Shown here in pieces: positions 22,969-36,153 of a stretch of DNA of 64,000 nucleotides. The notes under the pieces were generated by a model. The model ran no database searches and was not told the origin of the DNA. It was given only the letters and a program-made list of their open reading frames with translations. The stretch is from Camelus dromedarius (Eukaryota): positions 13,454,001-13,518,000 of the forward strand of contig NC_087436.1 in NCBI RefSeq assembly GCF_036321535.1. The letters are read 5' to 3'. A program made the translations under genes and the position numbers. Position 1 is the stretch's first letter. Every line of letters begins with the position of its first letter.

Positions 22969-25749
22969 TTCTCTTTGATATTTTAATATAGAGATTTTGA
23001 AAGACAAGGGGTAGCCCTGGGAGTAGAGAAAGTAGCAAACAGAGGAGAGAGTAGCAAGAAGAGCTTTGTCTCCCTCACCATCCAGCATGGTCCTCAGTCT
23101 CAGATTCTTACAGATCAGCATCAAGAACACTAGAAAAGCTGACACAGCCAGCTTTGCAATAGGGGTCTGTGGACTTGAATTGAGAATCAGGAATTCTGGA
23201 ACCCTACTCCACACCACTGCATCTGCACACCACCATCAGCCTCATTTCCCAGTGATTTGGCTCAGCTGTTTGGCCCTCTTGGGATTTCAGATACATCACC
23301 TGGAAAACAAGAGAAACACTTAATTCCCAGCCCAGGGCTGGGTGCTGGATCGACTGAACTTGAGATTGTGCGGCCAGCAATACTGCAGACAGGATCCCCA
23401 CTTTGAGGAGTGAGCCTTCTGGTTAGGGAGATTTTCCTTTGAACATCACAGAGAAGAAAAACAAGTCAGCCAAGCAGTATTCTCCATGGAAATTTCCAAT
23501 ATCTAGCCTCCCCAAAGTCAAAGCAACCTCAAAAGATAAACTTGCACTCTGAGGTCAGTGTGAACTTCAACATGAGCCAATTCTAATGTTCACCCACACT
23601 GGCATTCATCCAATTTTTAAAGCCTTTCTGTTTACATCAAGGAAAGCTGCACTGAAACAATCACAGATGGACTGAGCAACCTCTGAAACAAACAAAAACA
23701 GTTTAAATGACTTTATATGGAATAAAAACCTTTATCACCAACTTTCTATCTCATAAGCATGGCATTTTTTAATCAAGAAGGTTCACGTTCCAAAAAGAGG
23801 TGGGAAAAGCCAAGCAGGCTAAAACCACATCATCCCAGTGTGTGTTTCCACAAGCTAGAGATCAAAGCCTCAAGAACCGTGGCATCCTGTTCCCAAAGTT
23901 AAACCATCTTGGTCTGAAAAGCTTAGCAGAGGATGGCGTGGAAGTCTTAGTGGGAGGGTTTTCCAAGGGAAGATATTTCAGCCCTGTAGAAATGAGTTGG
24001 CAGGCTTTCCCCAGCCTCAGTCCTGCACCCTGATTCTTTCCACTGCTTCTTCTATAGCCTCATCCCAAGCCTGGTCAGATGGAAAGTGCCAGGGACAGAC
24101 GATGGGGCAGCCTGGGTCAAGAACCACACATTCAAGGCCATGACCAGGATCGCAGCAAAGCCCTTGATAACAGCCTCACAGACACACTAATGAAATCCAA
24201 GGAGGACTGATGATCCTAAGTGCCTCCCAACACATCCTCCTGGAGGTTCTTTTGGCTAAGGAAGACCACGGCTCCCTGTAGCCATGCCTTTACCCATGCC
24301 ACTCCCCCTGCCACCCTGTCTTCAGCCCTTGACCAGAACTGAAGGGCACTCCGTGGGAAAGTAGGTGGCATGGACCGTCCTTGCCGGGAGTTCATTCGTC
24401 TGGGTCAGGGAACCAGAAACTGGATAGAACGTTTACTGCCAGCTCTAAACCTAAGACTGACCAGTAATTCAAGAAGTCAGATTCCATCTTGGTATGCACT
24501 AGACCAAATTATGGCCAGAAAATGAAACTACATGAAATCAGAAAGAGCAAACATTTTTTGAGCTCCTGAAACTAGCAAATAAGAAATTAGTCATGATGGG
24601 GGATACCAGGATGCAAAAAAACAAGCTGCCAAGAGTTTACATCCTGACTCTGCCCCTTGGCTGTAAGCGGGCTTTTCTCTGCCTCCCTGTCCCCCATGCA
24701 TTGCCTGCACAGGTTGGTGACACAGAGTGGCAGCTGTATTAGAACAGAGACCATCCTGTGGCTATAGCAGGTGGATTGGAATGCTTATGTCTCTTGAATC
24801 GAATGTCATAGCTCCAAAAGAAACTTTATATGGAGTGTTTTGTAGTAGAAAATACACGATTGGACATCTCATCTACAAAATAATCCTGTGGCTATTTATA
24901 ATGTGACTTTAGGAACTAAGAGCATGACACATGCTCTTAGGACCAAGTATTTGATGCACAAAAATGTTCACATGGTACCCAAGCTGCCACAATGAATCTC
25001 AGATGCTTATAGAAGATCATCTGATGAAAACTTGGGACCAACTGTTAGCACATGGGACACTTAACATAAACTGCCTCTCAATCCATAGTCATGTCTTATT
25101 CCTGTTACTAGAAATTAAATTCTGGATGCACAAGGAACTGTGCTGTCTTCTCCTTCCCTTCCTCTGTTGTACTCTCTCTCTCCCCAGTAACACACACTCA
25201 TTACTGTAAGTATCTTCAGTGATAACCAATGTTGAATGAATGAGGTATTAAAGCTGTATCAGATAGACATGTGTTTAGCTATAAATAAATGTAAAAAATA
25301 AAAACTTTCACTGCAAGGCTTTATACAGAGATGGGTTTATTTGTCTCTGGGCACAAAAAGTCTAAGACTAGAAACACCAGGCTGGCAGAGGAGCTCAGAA
25401 TGCCACAAGTCTCTGTCCTCGGGGTCACGAGATGGCCACTGTGCTTCCAGATGCCATATCCAGTTTCCAGGAAGCAGGACAGTGAGAGGGCTAACAGTTT
25501 GGTCTTTTTGCCTGGAAAGGAGTGCTGGACACCTACATCACTGGCCAGGGCTGACCCACATGACCACACCAGGCAGAAAGTGTTCAAGAAAGGTGAGTGT
25601 TGAGCATGTCAGCATCTTTAAAAGGGGAAGGCAGGGGGAAAAGCCAATTGGGAACAGGGTGGAGGGAGCCAGGTCCTGGTGCTATTTGCAGATGGTTCTT
25701 TTCCCAAGAATAAATGGTTTTCACATTCTTTACTCCTCACTGAAATTGT

Positions 25750-25862
25750 TTGTTTTTTTTAATTGATGTATAGTCAGTTACAATGTGTCAGTTTCTGGTT
25801 GTACAGCACAATGTCCCAGTCATGCATATAGATATACGTACATTCATTTTCATATTCTTTTG
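25750..25862 (-). mobile_element. Short young L1 3' end
   Basis: ttttaattgatgtatagtcagttacaatgtgtcagtttctgg...ttttcatattcttt. Confidence 0.85.
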
Positions 25863-26284
25863 TTCAACTTATTTAGTCCAAGCTCTTGAGGGTGGTGTTA
25901 TTAAGGGTCCTTTTCATTTCATTCCAATATTTCTAGAGTCCAGTGAGAGTCTTATATTCCAGTTCTTCCAACCATTTCAAATTGATATGGACAGTTCCTA
26001 TTTCAATCCCAAACTCCTGTCCAGTTATATTTATTTCAATACCAAATTTTTCAAATTGATTCATTCTGTTACCATTCTTTTTACCCTACTTTGTTTATAA
26101 GTGAGAGAGCCTGAATTCAAACTCAATCAGATCTGAAGTCACCAGTTTTTAGCTGCTTCTGGAACACCCGTGACCATGGGGATGCTTGGACACACGTTGC
26201 CATTGAGAGGATTTCCACAATTTTTGTTTTCTGGAGTCTGTGCAGAGTTGCCTGGGATGTGATAAATACACAAAAATAAGATAC

Positions 26285-27165
26285 AAAAACAGTTATTTAT
26301 CAACTTAGAGAGTTGGCTGTCCTTTTGGGGGAAAAATGTACTACCTACAACACTATCTCAGACCATACACAAAAATCAATTCTAAGTTAATTAAAGGCTA
26401 TGAAAAGCAAGATTTCTGTACAGAATGTTATGGGTCTCTTAAATGAGCCATACAAAACATAAACCAAAGATCAAAGAATGATAATTTTGCATAAACTAAA
26501 ATTACCTCTAGATGAAATGAGACAACAATAAAAGTTAAAAAGACAAGACCCAGAGAAAGTGAAGATACTTGCAATTCGTTTCATTGATATTTTTAAAAAC
26601 ATGACATCCAGAATATATAAAAAAGATCTAAATCATTTAAAGAAACAGAAAAGACAAAAAATTGAGAACAGGGAAAAGAGGCAATTTGCTCAAAAAGAAA
26701 TCTGAACAGCCCGTAAATGTACAAAGTATGTGTGGAGTCTCACTTGTAACCAGGGAGTTAAAAAAAAATTAATGTGATACTCATTCACATCCACCAAATT
26801 GGTAAAAATGTATGCGTATCAATACTAAATATAAGGGCACTGGAAAATTCCAGCATCGCTAATGGGAGTTCCAATTGGTACAAACACTTGGAGAGCAATT
26901 TGGACTAGTGCATCCCCCCACAACTTGGCAATCCTACCCTCAAGTATGTATCTTGGAAACACTTTCTCCAATGTGCAAGAGAAAATACACGCGAAGGTGT
27001 TCACAATAGCTTGGTTTGTGACAACAAAATTTGGAAGCAAGTTAATTGTCCATCAGTAGGAGGATGGTAAAATAAATTACATATTCATCCAAAGGAAAAT
27101 TGTAAAAACACTAAAGCGAATGAGATAGAGCTCCTGCTCCAGGATGGATAAACCTTCAAAACAGG
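26285..27165 (+). mobile_element. Ancient L1 (L1ME-like) ORF2/3' fragment
   Basis: ctcagaccatacacaaaaatcaattc...aaagttaaaaagacaag...attggtacaaacacttggagagcaatttgg...tgtccatcagtaggaggatggtaaaataaatt. Confidence 0.8.
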
Positions 27166-30100
27166 GTGAGATGAAAAAGTACCACTCTTCATCAGGCTCT
27201 GTGCCCTGCCTTCCGTCTCTGTCCTCCTCTATCTGTTTAAATTCCATCTCTTCTCCAAAATCCTTCCAGAAAATTTCCCTGCTGTTTCCAACCTTGGTCC
27301 TCCCCTGGGGGGCTTTTAGTTTGTCTCTCTCTTATGACACTCACCCCCAGTGCAGCATCACAAAGACCTCAGCTTCATTGCCTCACCAACATTCTTTTTT
27401 CTCAATCTTGGATAATAGAATGGGGGGAAAAATCATCCTTTAATGTATATTTATTGATTACTCCTGAGATTAAAATTTTTCCTATGCTAATTATTTACTT
27501 GTATTTCTTCTGTCTTATTTACAGCACTCTACAGTCTTCTGCACATGGTTCCTAGCACATATTGAAAACAGCAAATAAATTTTGAACTGAATTGAATTAA
27601 AAGCTAGAAATTGAAAGTAAATCAGTAAAAACACACAGACAAAAAAATTTACTCCAACATAAGTAATGTGGTGAAATACAAAAGCATCTCACTAAGAGTA
27701 CAAGCTTGCTTGCTGAAGCCGTTTCTTAATTAGGTAAATGGAACACGTGACTTACTGCTTACATGATGCCGGATGTAGGAGGTACCCATTCCTTAGGGCT
27801 TAAATAGCTTCTGCTAGCTTGAGGAATAAGCAGAATTTAACACAGACAGAAATACAGATGCCAGGAGAGTGTGTGCCAGGAGCCAGTGTTCCTACAAAGT
27901 CTTTAACATGAGACAGATACCCGTCCCAATAAATCTTGAATTCTGCAAATGTATGACCTTATTCCCTAAGTTTAATGGATGTCTTTGGAAAGGTTCCTAT
28001 TAACCTCATGACTTCTGGGATTTATAGCTAATAAGCAGAATCATAATTGAAATGATTACATAAATACAGAAAGTCACCTTTCCTCCAGAAAATGCAAGCT
28101 ATTTTTCCCAATAGTTCACATGGCATTTAATGGTCCTTGGGTTTTCTATTATTTCTTTGTAGAGATCCCAAGGTTCATTTCCAGACAGGATTGTTTTTCT
28201 AACAGCTTCCAATAACTTACTCTGCCATTCAAATTCAGAGGTTCAAATTCGGAATAAAATGCTCAATATAAAAAAAAAATCTGTAGCTCAAAGAACAGCT
28301 ATAGAACTGGAATTACCGTGATCGTAGCCAGTGACCATCACTGCAATAGTTTCCTCTCTTTTCATTTATGAGTAATTTATCACTCTGTCTGGATTTTGAC
28401 TTGTAGCAGCATCAGTCAATCCAGATTTTAAAGAAGCGCTTGGCTCCCAGGCTGCTGACCAGACAGAATCTCTTCCTTTGAGGGCAGTCAGAACATCAAG
28501 GTAGAACTCCTTAGAAGATTAACTCTAGAACACTACTTACTCAGCATTTAACCTGTACTGAACCCAGCTGAATCCGTATGAGGCTTTATGGTTATCACAG
28601 GACATAAGAACAATCAGAAAGGGCAAGTCTGTCGTATTTCCATTACTTAATCCCCTTATGGGCTGCACTATAAGAAAAACATCATTGAGCTGACAAGCAA
28701 AACCAAACAAAGTGATGACAGCGGCATTGTCCAGAAATATTATGCCTTCTCTGAATATTCTACCAGCTTCTAAACTCTATTTTCATAGGTATAAATTTAA
28801 GTGGAATTTTATCTATACATTATAAGGTGTTCTAGGGATGTTTCTGCTTTTTGTTCATTTAGGAGGTTCTTGTTTTTGTTTTTAGTGTCATGCAAAATAA
28901 ATAAGACTTTGTACTAAATCTGTAACTATCATGAGTAAACACTTTTCACAAAGTTAAAAAAAAAAAAATCAGCCTCAACCAGACTTTAGTTTATATTAAA
29001 AAGTTCCCTAGGGAACTGGGTTTTACATTTGAGCCCTGATTTAGCTAAAAGATTTATAAGGGCATATTTAGAAATACAGGTCCCTATTGGGTGATGAACC
29101 AGGGCTGAGACGTAATTATGATTCTCTCTGCTCTCCATTCCACTGGAAACTGCTCCCAGGAGCCCAGAGGTGAGTTGGTCGTCAAGGAAGAATATAAATT
29201 CACTATGCAATACAACCATCTGGTCACCTTCCCAGCCGCCTAAAGCCAACCCAAAGGACGTTAGAAGATGATGCACAAATCTTTTTAGATTCTAAAGTAA
29301 TTGGAATATTTGCTTCTCCTGGAAAGTTAAGGTCAGTGAAATGTTTTGTAGACCCTGAAACCAAATTTGGTTGGATCTATTTGTGTTTATCACTCCAGGC
29401 TGTCGCTCAGTTCAGCTTGTCACAAGTGCCGTGACCGGCACACATAAGCCTATGCAAAAAGTGACATCCCCAAGTAACGTGTGTAGAACAGTCCAGGAAT
29501 GGAGAATTGAAATTATCCTTGTGAAAAAAAAATGCAATTGTCTAATAACTTGCTGAAATTTCTCAAGAGTGAGGTAACTCACTGGGAGGCCTAATCTTGG
29601 CAGCGTCTTGTCTTTGAAACTGTCCCCAAATCATCTCCTTTTATGACAGAGTAGGGGAATGGACTTATCAGTCCACTGGGTCGGGGAGCTACAAGTTTCT
29701 TACAAGGCTCATGGGGTAACAGTACTTAACTATCACAGAAAAGATCTGGGCCACCCCAAGAACTCCTCACAGGAGCCTGGTAACCAACAGCCAGGGGTCT
29801 CAAGAACACAGGTTGAAGGTCAGTAATCACTTATATAACAAAAACAAGATTTAACAAGGAGATCATAGGAAAAAAGTGTCTATTCTTTGTCTTGATGACA
29901 ACCTCCCCACCACCAACCACACACCCTCACCTCCACCAACAGCTAAATAAATCCAACAGTGCTCCACACTTGCAAAACTTTGACAATCACCCTTCTCATA
30001 TGAAAACTACCATGTTATCGGCTCTCACTAAGATAAACATACACATTTGGTTCACGTATCTTGTATAGCGATAAAGATGTAAAATGTCAGAAATGTACAA

Positions 30101-31910
30101 ATCTGGGGAAAAAAATGAGGCAGGCATTGTTCAGAGTATTTTCTGAAAGTCAGAGAGCCAGGTCAGTTCCATTTGGAGAAGGAATTTCAAATGGTTATTT
30201 TAACCCTATTTAGTTCTGTTGAATAAAACATTGGTCATCATTCATTGTTTATTCCCTAAAGTAAGATTACTTATGTACTTTAATATTTCTGTTGAGGGTT
30301 TCTTATTTCTTTGTCAATGGGATTCCACTGTTGTAGCTTTACCAGCTTGCCACTAGATTTATGTTTCATAATTATGTTATTTTCACATCCATTGTGAGGT
30401 TTGTTTCATTTTTTAATCTCGTAAAGTGCTTATGGAAATTAATATCATTTTCGGATACCGACCCCCAACATAAAGCTTCCTCTACATTAAAATAAATTTC
30501 ATCTGCTAATTTGTGTAACAATCTGCCCATCAACAATGGTCTCTTTGCCTGTGGCTTTGGCTTAGGAACTCACAGTGGATTCACAGATGTCGCTTGTGGT
30601 CCCAGGGATTAGGCAGTGTGGTCCATGAACCACAAGCCACGCAGGATACAATCCTGAAACTGTGCTATAACTACCTGCATGAATAACAGGTGAGGTTTTC
30701 CCATGGCTGCCAGCCTTTCTCTTCATCATTAACACAACTTCTCATGGCTTAAAGCAGTAATGCAGTGTGTGAAGGTCCTTGTGCCTTATTTTCAGTTCTA
30801 GAGGACTGTTTCCTTATCCTCAGTGTGTGACACTCAAAGGCCAAGGAGAGTGATCACAACTGTATTATGCTAAATAAGTACAATCTTTATCTTCCACATT
30901 CATCTCACTATGTCCAAATGAAAAAAGCAGTAGTGAATCTGGAAATAACACATGCATTGAAATATTTATTTTATGGAAGTAGACGTATGTGTAACAACTG
31001 ACTTTTCAAAATAAATAGCAACATGGCAAATGTAGGAAAGAACATCAGAACAGAGGCAAATGCAGAAAATGTAAGTGCACACCCGACAAGGACACCTGTG
31101 ACATTAGGAAGAAATATACATAACAAGAAACAGGGAAGCCAGATACAGGTTCCACCAACTGAGCAGTCATTGGTGGGTGATACCAAGCGATGCATCATTA
31201 GTCAAAGTAGGACGAATCTTCTGCTGCTAAGTAAGAACTGAGGCCATCCAAGAGTTTGTAAATATCATAAATGGGAAGGGCAAAGAACTAATAATAATAA
31301 AAGAGGATGCCTCATTGAATATAATTCATCTAGAATATAATAACCTGCCCAAAGTTCATAAATCAATAACATTTGTCTACACAGAGTGAGAAGAACAGTT
31401 CACTGAAGCATGTAGAGCGAATCTGTTGGCTTTATCAAATGGCTGCAATTATCTGCCCCTAGCTGTTTGGAAAGAAGAAATCATCACAGTAGAGTCAGCA
31501 CCTACTTCCAATACGAATGCCCTTCAACTGTAGTGAAGAGTCAGTGTGTTAACTGCTAAGTACGAAACCTCAAAAGACAGCCCCACACTGAAGACCTACC
31601 TGATGGGATCAGGTGCTCAAGCACACGGAATATCACCTCCCTTTCAAAGCAGCAAAAGCACTGGTGCTCCCAGGCACCCTCGTGAAGCTGTTCTCTCATA
31701 TCCCCCCAAAGTTTTTCATCCAGTCCTGCTTTGGCTTCCAACAGGAGAGCCCAAAGAGTAAAGAGATGCATCTCCGTTTATTGCATTGGGGTTCATTTGA
31801 GTATGGAGTGCTTACTATGTGCTAGGTATGGTGCTAGACTTTGGCAGCCCAGGAGGGAGAAGGCAAGATTCCCGTCACTTGGGAGTTCATGGTCAAATAT
31901 GGTCAATCAA

Positions 31911-32073
31911 GAAGTGATTAAATAAAAATGAAGCCATTATGGTGGGGCTCTATTCCAATATGACCAGTGTCACAAGAAGAGGAAGACAGAGAGGTTATAG
32001 CTCAGTGGTAGATCGTGTACTTAGAATGCATGAGGTCCTAGGTCTGATACCCAGTACCTCCATTAAAAAATAA

Positions 32074-32120
<47 letters not shown>

Positions 32121-32404
32121 ACTTAATTACCTCCTCCCCTCAAGAAACCTAGCAAAACTAAATAAAGATCTTCTTTTTAAAATGAGGACGAGATAGCAGG
32201 AGTGTGTGTGCAGAAGGACAACTAAATGAAAAGGCAGCAAGAGGGTAGCATCTGTAAGCCAAGGAGAGAGGCCTCCAGAAACCAAGCCTGCTGCCTCCTT
32301 GATCTTGGACTTCCAGCCTCCAGAAGTGTGAGAAAAGACATTTCTGTTGTTTAAGTCACCGAGTCAATGGTATTCCATCATGGCAGCCGCAGCCAACTAA
32401 CACA
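31911..32404 (+). mobile_element. MaLR (MLT1B/C-like) LTR with nested SINE
   Basis: aagccaaggagagaggcctccagaaaccaagcctgctgcctccttgatcttggacttccagcctccagaagtgtgaga...ctgttgtttaagtcacc...ctaacaca. Confidence 0.9.
31989..32166 (+). mobile_element. Vic-1-like SINE with expanded (AAAT)n linker
   Basis: tatagctcagtggtag head, (AAAT)n at ~32073-32120, acttaattacctcc body. Confidence 0.9.
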
Positions 32405-33324
32405 GCATCCTTCCCTACACCGGGGTTGCTTGATGGACGCAGGAGACAGTGAAGGGAGTTAGAGGATCTTGTAAAAGAGCTCATGAGGGAGTCCCCCATC
32501 CCGTGTGGGTTCAAGGAGACACTGGGTGAATCTCGGTCAGGGACACCCTGCTGGGTGGGAGAACAGACCACTTGGTCTTGAATGTCTTTCCAACACTTAG
32601 ATTGTATCATTTTTCTCTCCAAACTTCAGCTTCTCTGTGGAAGACAATTATCACTTCCATCATCAAGTATACTTTGGGGTCTCCTAGCGTAGAAATTTGA
32701 AACAAAACAAAAGCACATTTAAATACTTTCCCTTGACTCCCTCTGGCCCTTCTTCATTTGGCTCCTTAATTTCTCAAACGCACAGTCTCTTACTGCTGCC
32801 ATTATCCTTTGCCCACTTTTTGGAAATGGAAGTTGAGGGACCAATGTGATCAGATTTTACCAAATGGGAGGGAAAGGGCTGGGAGTTGCCTTTCCAGGTG
32901 GGAAGAAGGAGGGTAACAAACCCCTGCCTGTACTGTCAGGGTCACAGAGAGGTAAGATGATCTTTGCACAGCTGCGGTTACAAGTATTCTAGAATCTTCC
33001 ATCAGGCTCAAGAGTCAGGCAGATCTGCATCTACTCTTGTTGGTTGTAAGGAGAATGCTCAGCTCAGGGAACTGTGACCTGTGTCACAGTTATTAGCCAG
33101 TCTAACCAATTCCCATTAAGAGAAAAGAATAGCATAAACAATGACTATTGCTAATACAACATATTCTTTTTGTGCAATACATTCTATTTCCTAAGTCATC
33201 ATTTTATAAAGCTGTTGCTGAGAGACCCCCTTAAATGATAAGGGTGTCCTTGCTCTTCTGAACCCTCCCTTTGATAAAAATGCTAACAAACTCCCCAGAA
33301 TGTGAAAGCACTTTGGTTAAAAAG

Positions 33325-33420
33325 TTATTACATGTACTTAATGTCACTGAACTGTGTACTTTCAAAAGGATTAAATGGTAAAGTTTAGGTTATACCTACT
33401 TTACCACGATTTTTAAAAAG
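33325..33420 (+). mobile_element. L1MA/MB extreme 3' end
   Basis: gtacttaatgtcactgaactgtgtactttcaaaaggattaaatggtaaagttt...ttaccacgatttttaaaaa. Confidence 0.75.
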
Positions 33421-34579
33421 TCACATCAAGTTTTAGTCACTATAGTAAAATAGTACGTCTAAGCATGTGAGCCTTCTAAGAGAGCAGGTGATAGATTAAT
33501 GGAACTTTGTTGGTCAGCATGATAGTGTGGGGATAAAAATGGAGAACTGAGAATTGCATCATCTGTGCTCAAAGAGATTTGAATGTCTTTGTTCAGAGAA
33601 TTATATTCAGTGTGAATTTATCTGCAAAATACTAGTCCCATTGCCCTGATGGATTTTCCAACGTGACACTTACGTGGTCTGAATCATTTTTCTAGGAGCA
33701 CTGTCTACTGTTTTGGAAGGAGAAGGTTGAGGGCCAGGGTGCTGGGCCAGACTGTCAGAACCAAGTTCACTCTTTCCGCTTGGCTTGTGTCTCAATGGCA
33801 GCATGTGATTGGGAAAGGGAAGGGCTCTATTCCAGGAACCCCTTCTGGTTTCTCTGTGCCTAAAGTCTAGGATTTTCTGTTCCACGCTCACCGCAGAGTC
33901 ATAACAAACTACATGGATTATACACTTGCTGTATGCAAAACCTACCACTTAGTCGTGGGGCTGTGGCTGATGGTACAAAAAAGAATATACTCCTGCCATC
34001 CCCACGCCTTGAATCTGGATAGGCTGACAGGACATGTTTCTAATTAGTAATGGTTACTCCAAGGAGATTACCAGTGAAGATTAATTACAAGGGTTTTTTT
34101 CGGAGCGCCAAAACTGTTTCCCTCAGTTAATATTTCAACTGCCTGTCATCTAGTTTGAAATAGCATTTTGACTGCAAATTCAAATTCCAACAACAGTAAC
34201 AACATTTTTTTTAAGGAATTAGATCTCTTTTCAATTGAGTGAGTCTGATTGTCTTGATTGTCTTGTGAACGTGCATGAAGTGTGAGCTGGATTTTTTCTC
34301 CTCTTCCTGGGATGCGGGTGTGGGGTTTGCTCCTGACTGGGTCCTTCACAGCTGAGTGGCGCTCCAACTCTCCTAATGATTTGGGGCTTTATTTGTGGCC
34401 AGGGCAAGTCTTTTCACGCTGCATGACATCCCCAGGATAAGTTCCCAGAGGAAGTCTCCGGGGGCAGAGTTGGCTGACATGATGCACTAATGACTACCTC
34501 GCAGAACAAAGACAGTAAACAGCGCTTCCACAAAGCGCTTCATCTGCTGAGTGTTTTGTTCCTTTACCCTCGCTAGATG

Positions 34580-34700
34580 CAGTAGGATACATTTAACGGA
34601 CAGAGAAACTGAGGCAAGGAGAAGTTAGGCAACCTGTCCAGGATCTCACAGCTGCAAAACATTGGAGTCAGATTTGAATGTGGTCAGAGTCTCAGTCATC
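34580..34700 (-). mobile_element. MIR remnant
   Basis: catttaacggacagagaaactgaggcaaggagaagttaggcaacctgtccaggatctcacagct. Confidence 0.8.
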
Positions 34701-35742
34701 AACCTATCCCAGGAATCAGCCCGGGAGAAGCTTGTCTCTCCCCACAACCATATATGTAGCTCAAATTCAGCCAAGAGATTTGCTTTCTCTTCAACCCAGT
34801 TGGAGAGAATCTAACAGAACATCTGTAATCCTCACGCCCTCTCTGTGACAAGAAAGACTCTGACTCCCCTCCCCTGGGGAGTCTTAAAGCCTGTTCTTTT
34901 TGGCATTCCTCATTCCCTGGAAAACAAGAGCATTGAAATCGCTCAGAGGGAGGGTTCCTTTATCTTCCTTACCTCAATCTTTCTCTAATTTCCTGGCAAT
35001 GTACATTTCATTGAACATGTTTTCATAGCCAGATCACCACAAAAGGCCACCAAAATAAAAAATCTAATCCATGAAGACCAGTAACGTGTGTTATACAAAA
35101 TATATCATAATCTGTATTCCTGGCTGTAGCCCCAATACATTTCAGTTTGCTCAAGGATTTTATTTTATGAAAAGAAATTAATTCAGAAAGTCATTTTATT
35201 TCTTTAAAAAAAAGTTTTACTCTCCCAGATTGCATTCTCCCAGGGAAAGCGCTCTCTTTCTCAGCGATATAATGGAAATGTATTTTAAAGCATATATGTC
35301 TTATTTCCTACAGGCATTCCTATTGGAAATGCCTACAGGATCTCGTTAAAACTGCCAATTGGAAATGTAGAAGGACTTTTATAGCACCCATCAGCACAGG
35401 CCTCTCACTTCCAGGGAGCAGACTTCTATTTCTCTAGCCCTCCTAACAGTGGCCCATTTTTATTTCTTCGTTGACAGTGCTAGTTATAAATGCAGTGAAA
35501 TCAGATCATAGCCTAGCTTGGTGTCATGTAATTCTTCTCTCATACAAGTCAAAGCATAACCCTGGAAAAATGTTCATGTACTAATTTTCCAGTTGTCAAT
35601 TTTTTCACTAACCGCAACGTTACAACACATCAATCTATAAACCTTACCAGTATTTACTCAAATTACTTGACATTTATTGATCAGCAATAGCAAGTTAAGC
35701 ACCGTACAAAGCATGGAGTTAGATACGTCATGTGTACATATA

Positions 35743-36153
35743 TGTGATAGGTGGGACAACCATCCCCTGATAATCCAATTCTTCTCCACTTCCAGCCACG
35801 GGGCAGGAGGGCCCCTCTTCAATCCCTCTGAAGTTAGAGGTGGCCTTCCTACTTATTTTGGCCCATGGAATGTGAGTGAAAGTGACATGGATCACTTCCC
35901 AGTGGAAGTCTTTAACTTCCGATAATGGCTTCACCAGTCCTCTCTCTGCTTATTGAGTGATTATGGGAACACATCTTGATATGGAAATGACAAAAAAGAA
36001 AGCATCTGGGAATGCTGAGCTGGGAAAACAGCTGCTCTGGAAGCTCCCCCCACCTCCCCAACCCACAACACACTTTGCATTAGTGGAAGGCAAACTTCTG
36101 TGGTTTGGTGACGATTGCTACAGCAGCAAAACCTAGCCTATCCTGACTGATAC
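35743..36153 (+). mobile_element. MaLR (MLT1H/I-like) solo LTR
   Basis: tgtgatagg...ttggcccatggaatgtgagtgaaagtgacatg...cagcagcaaaacctagcctatcctgactgataca. Confidence 0.8.
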
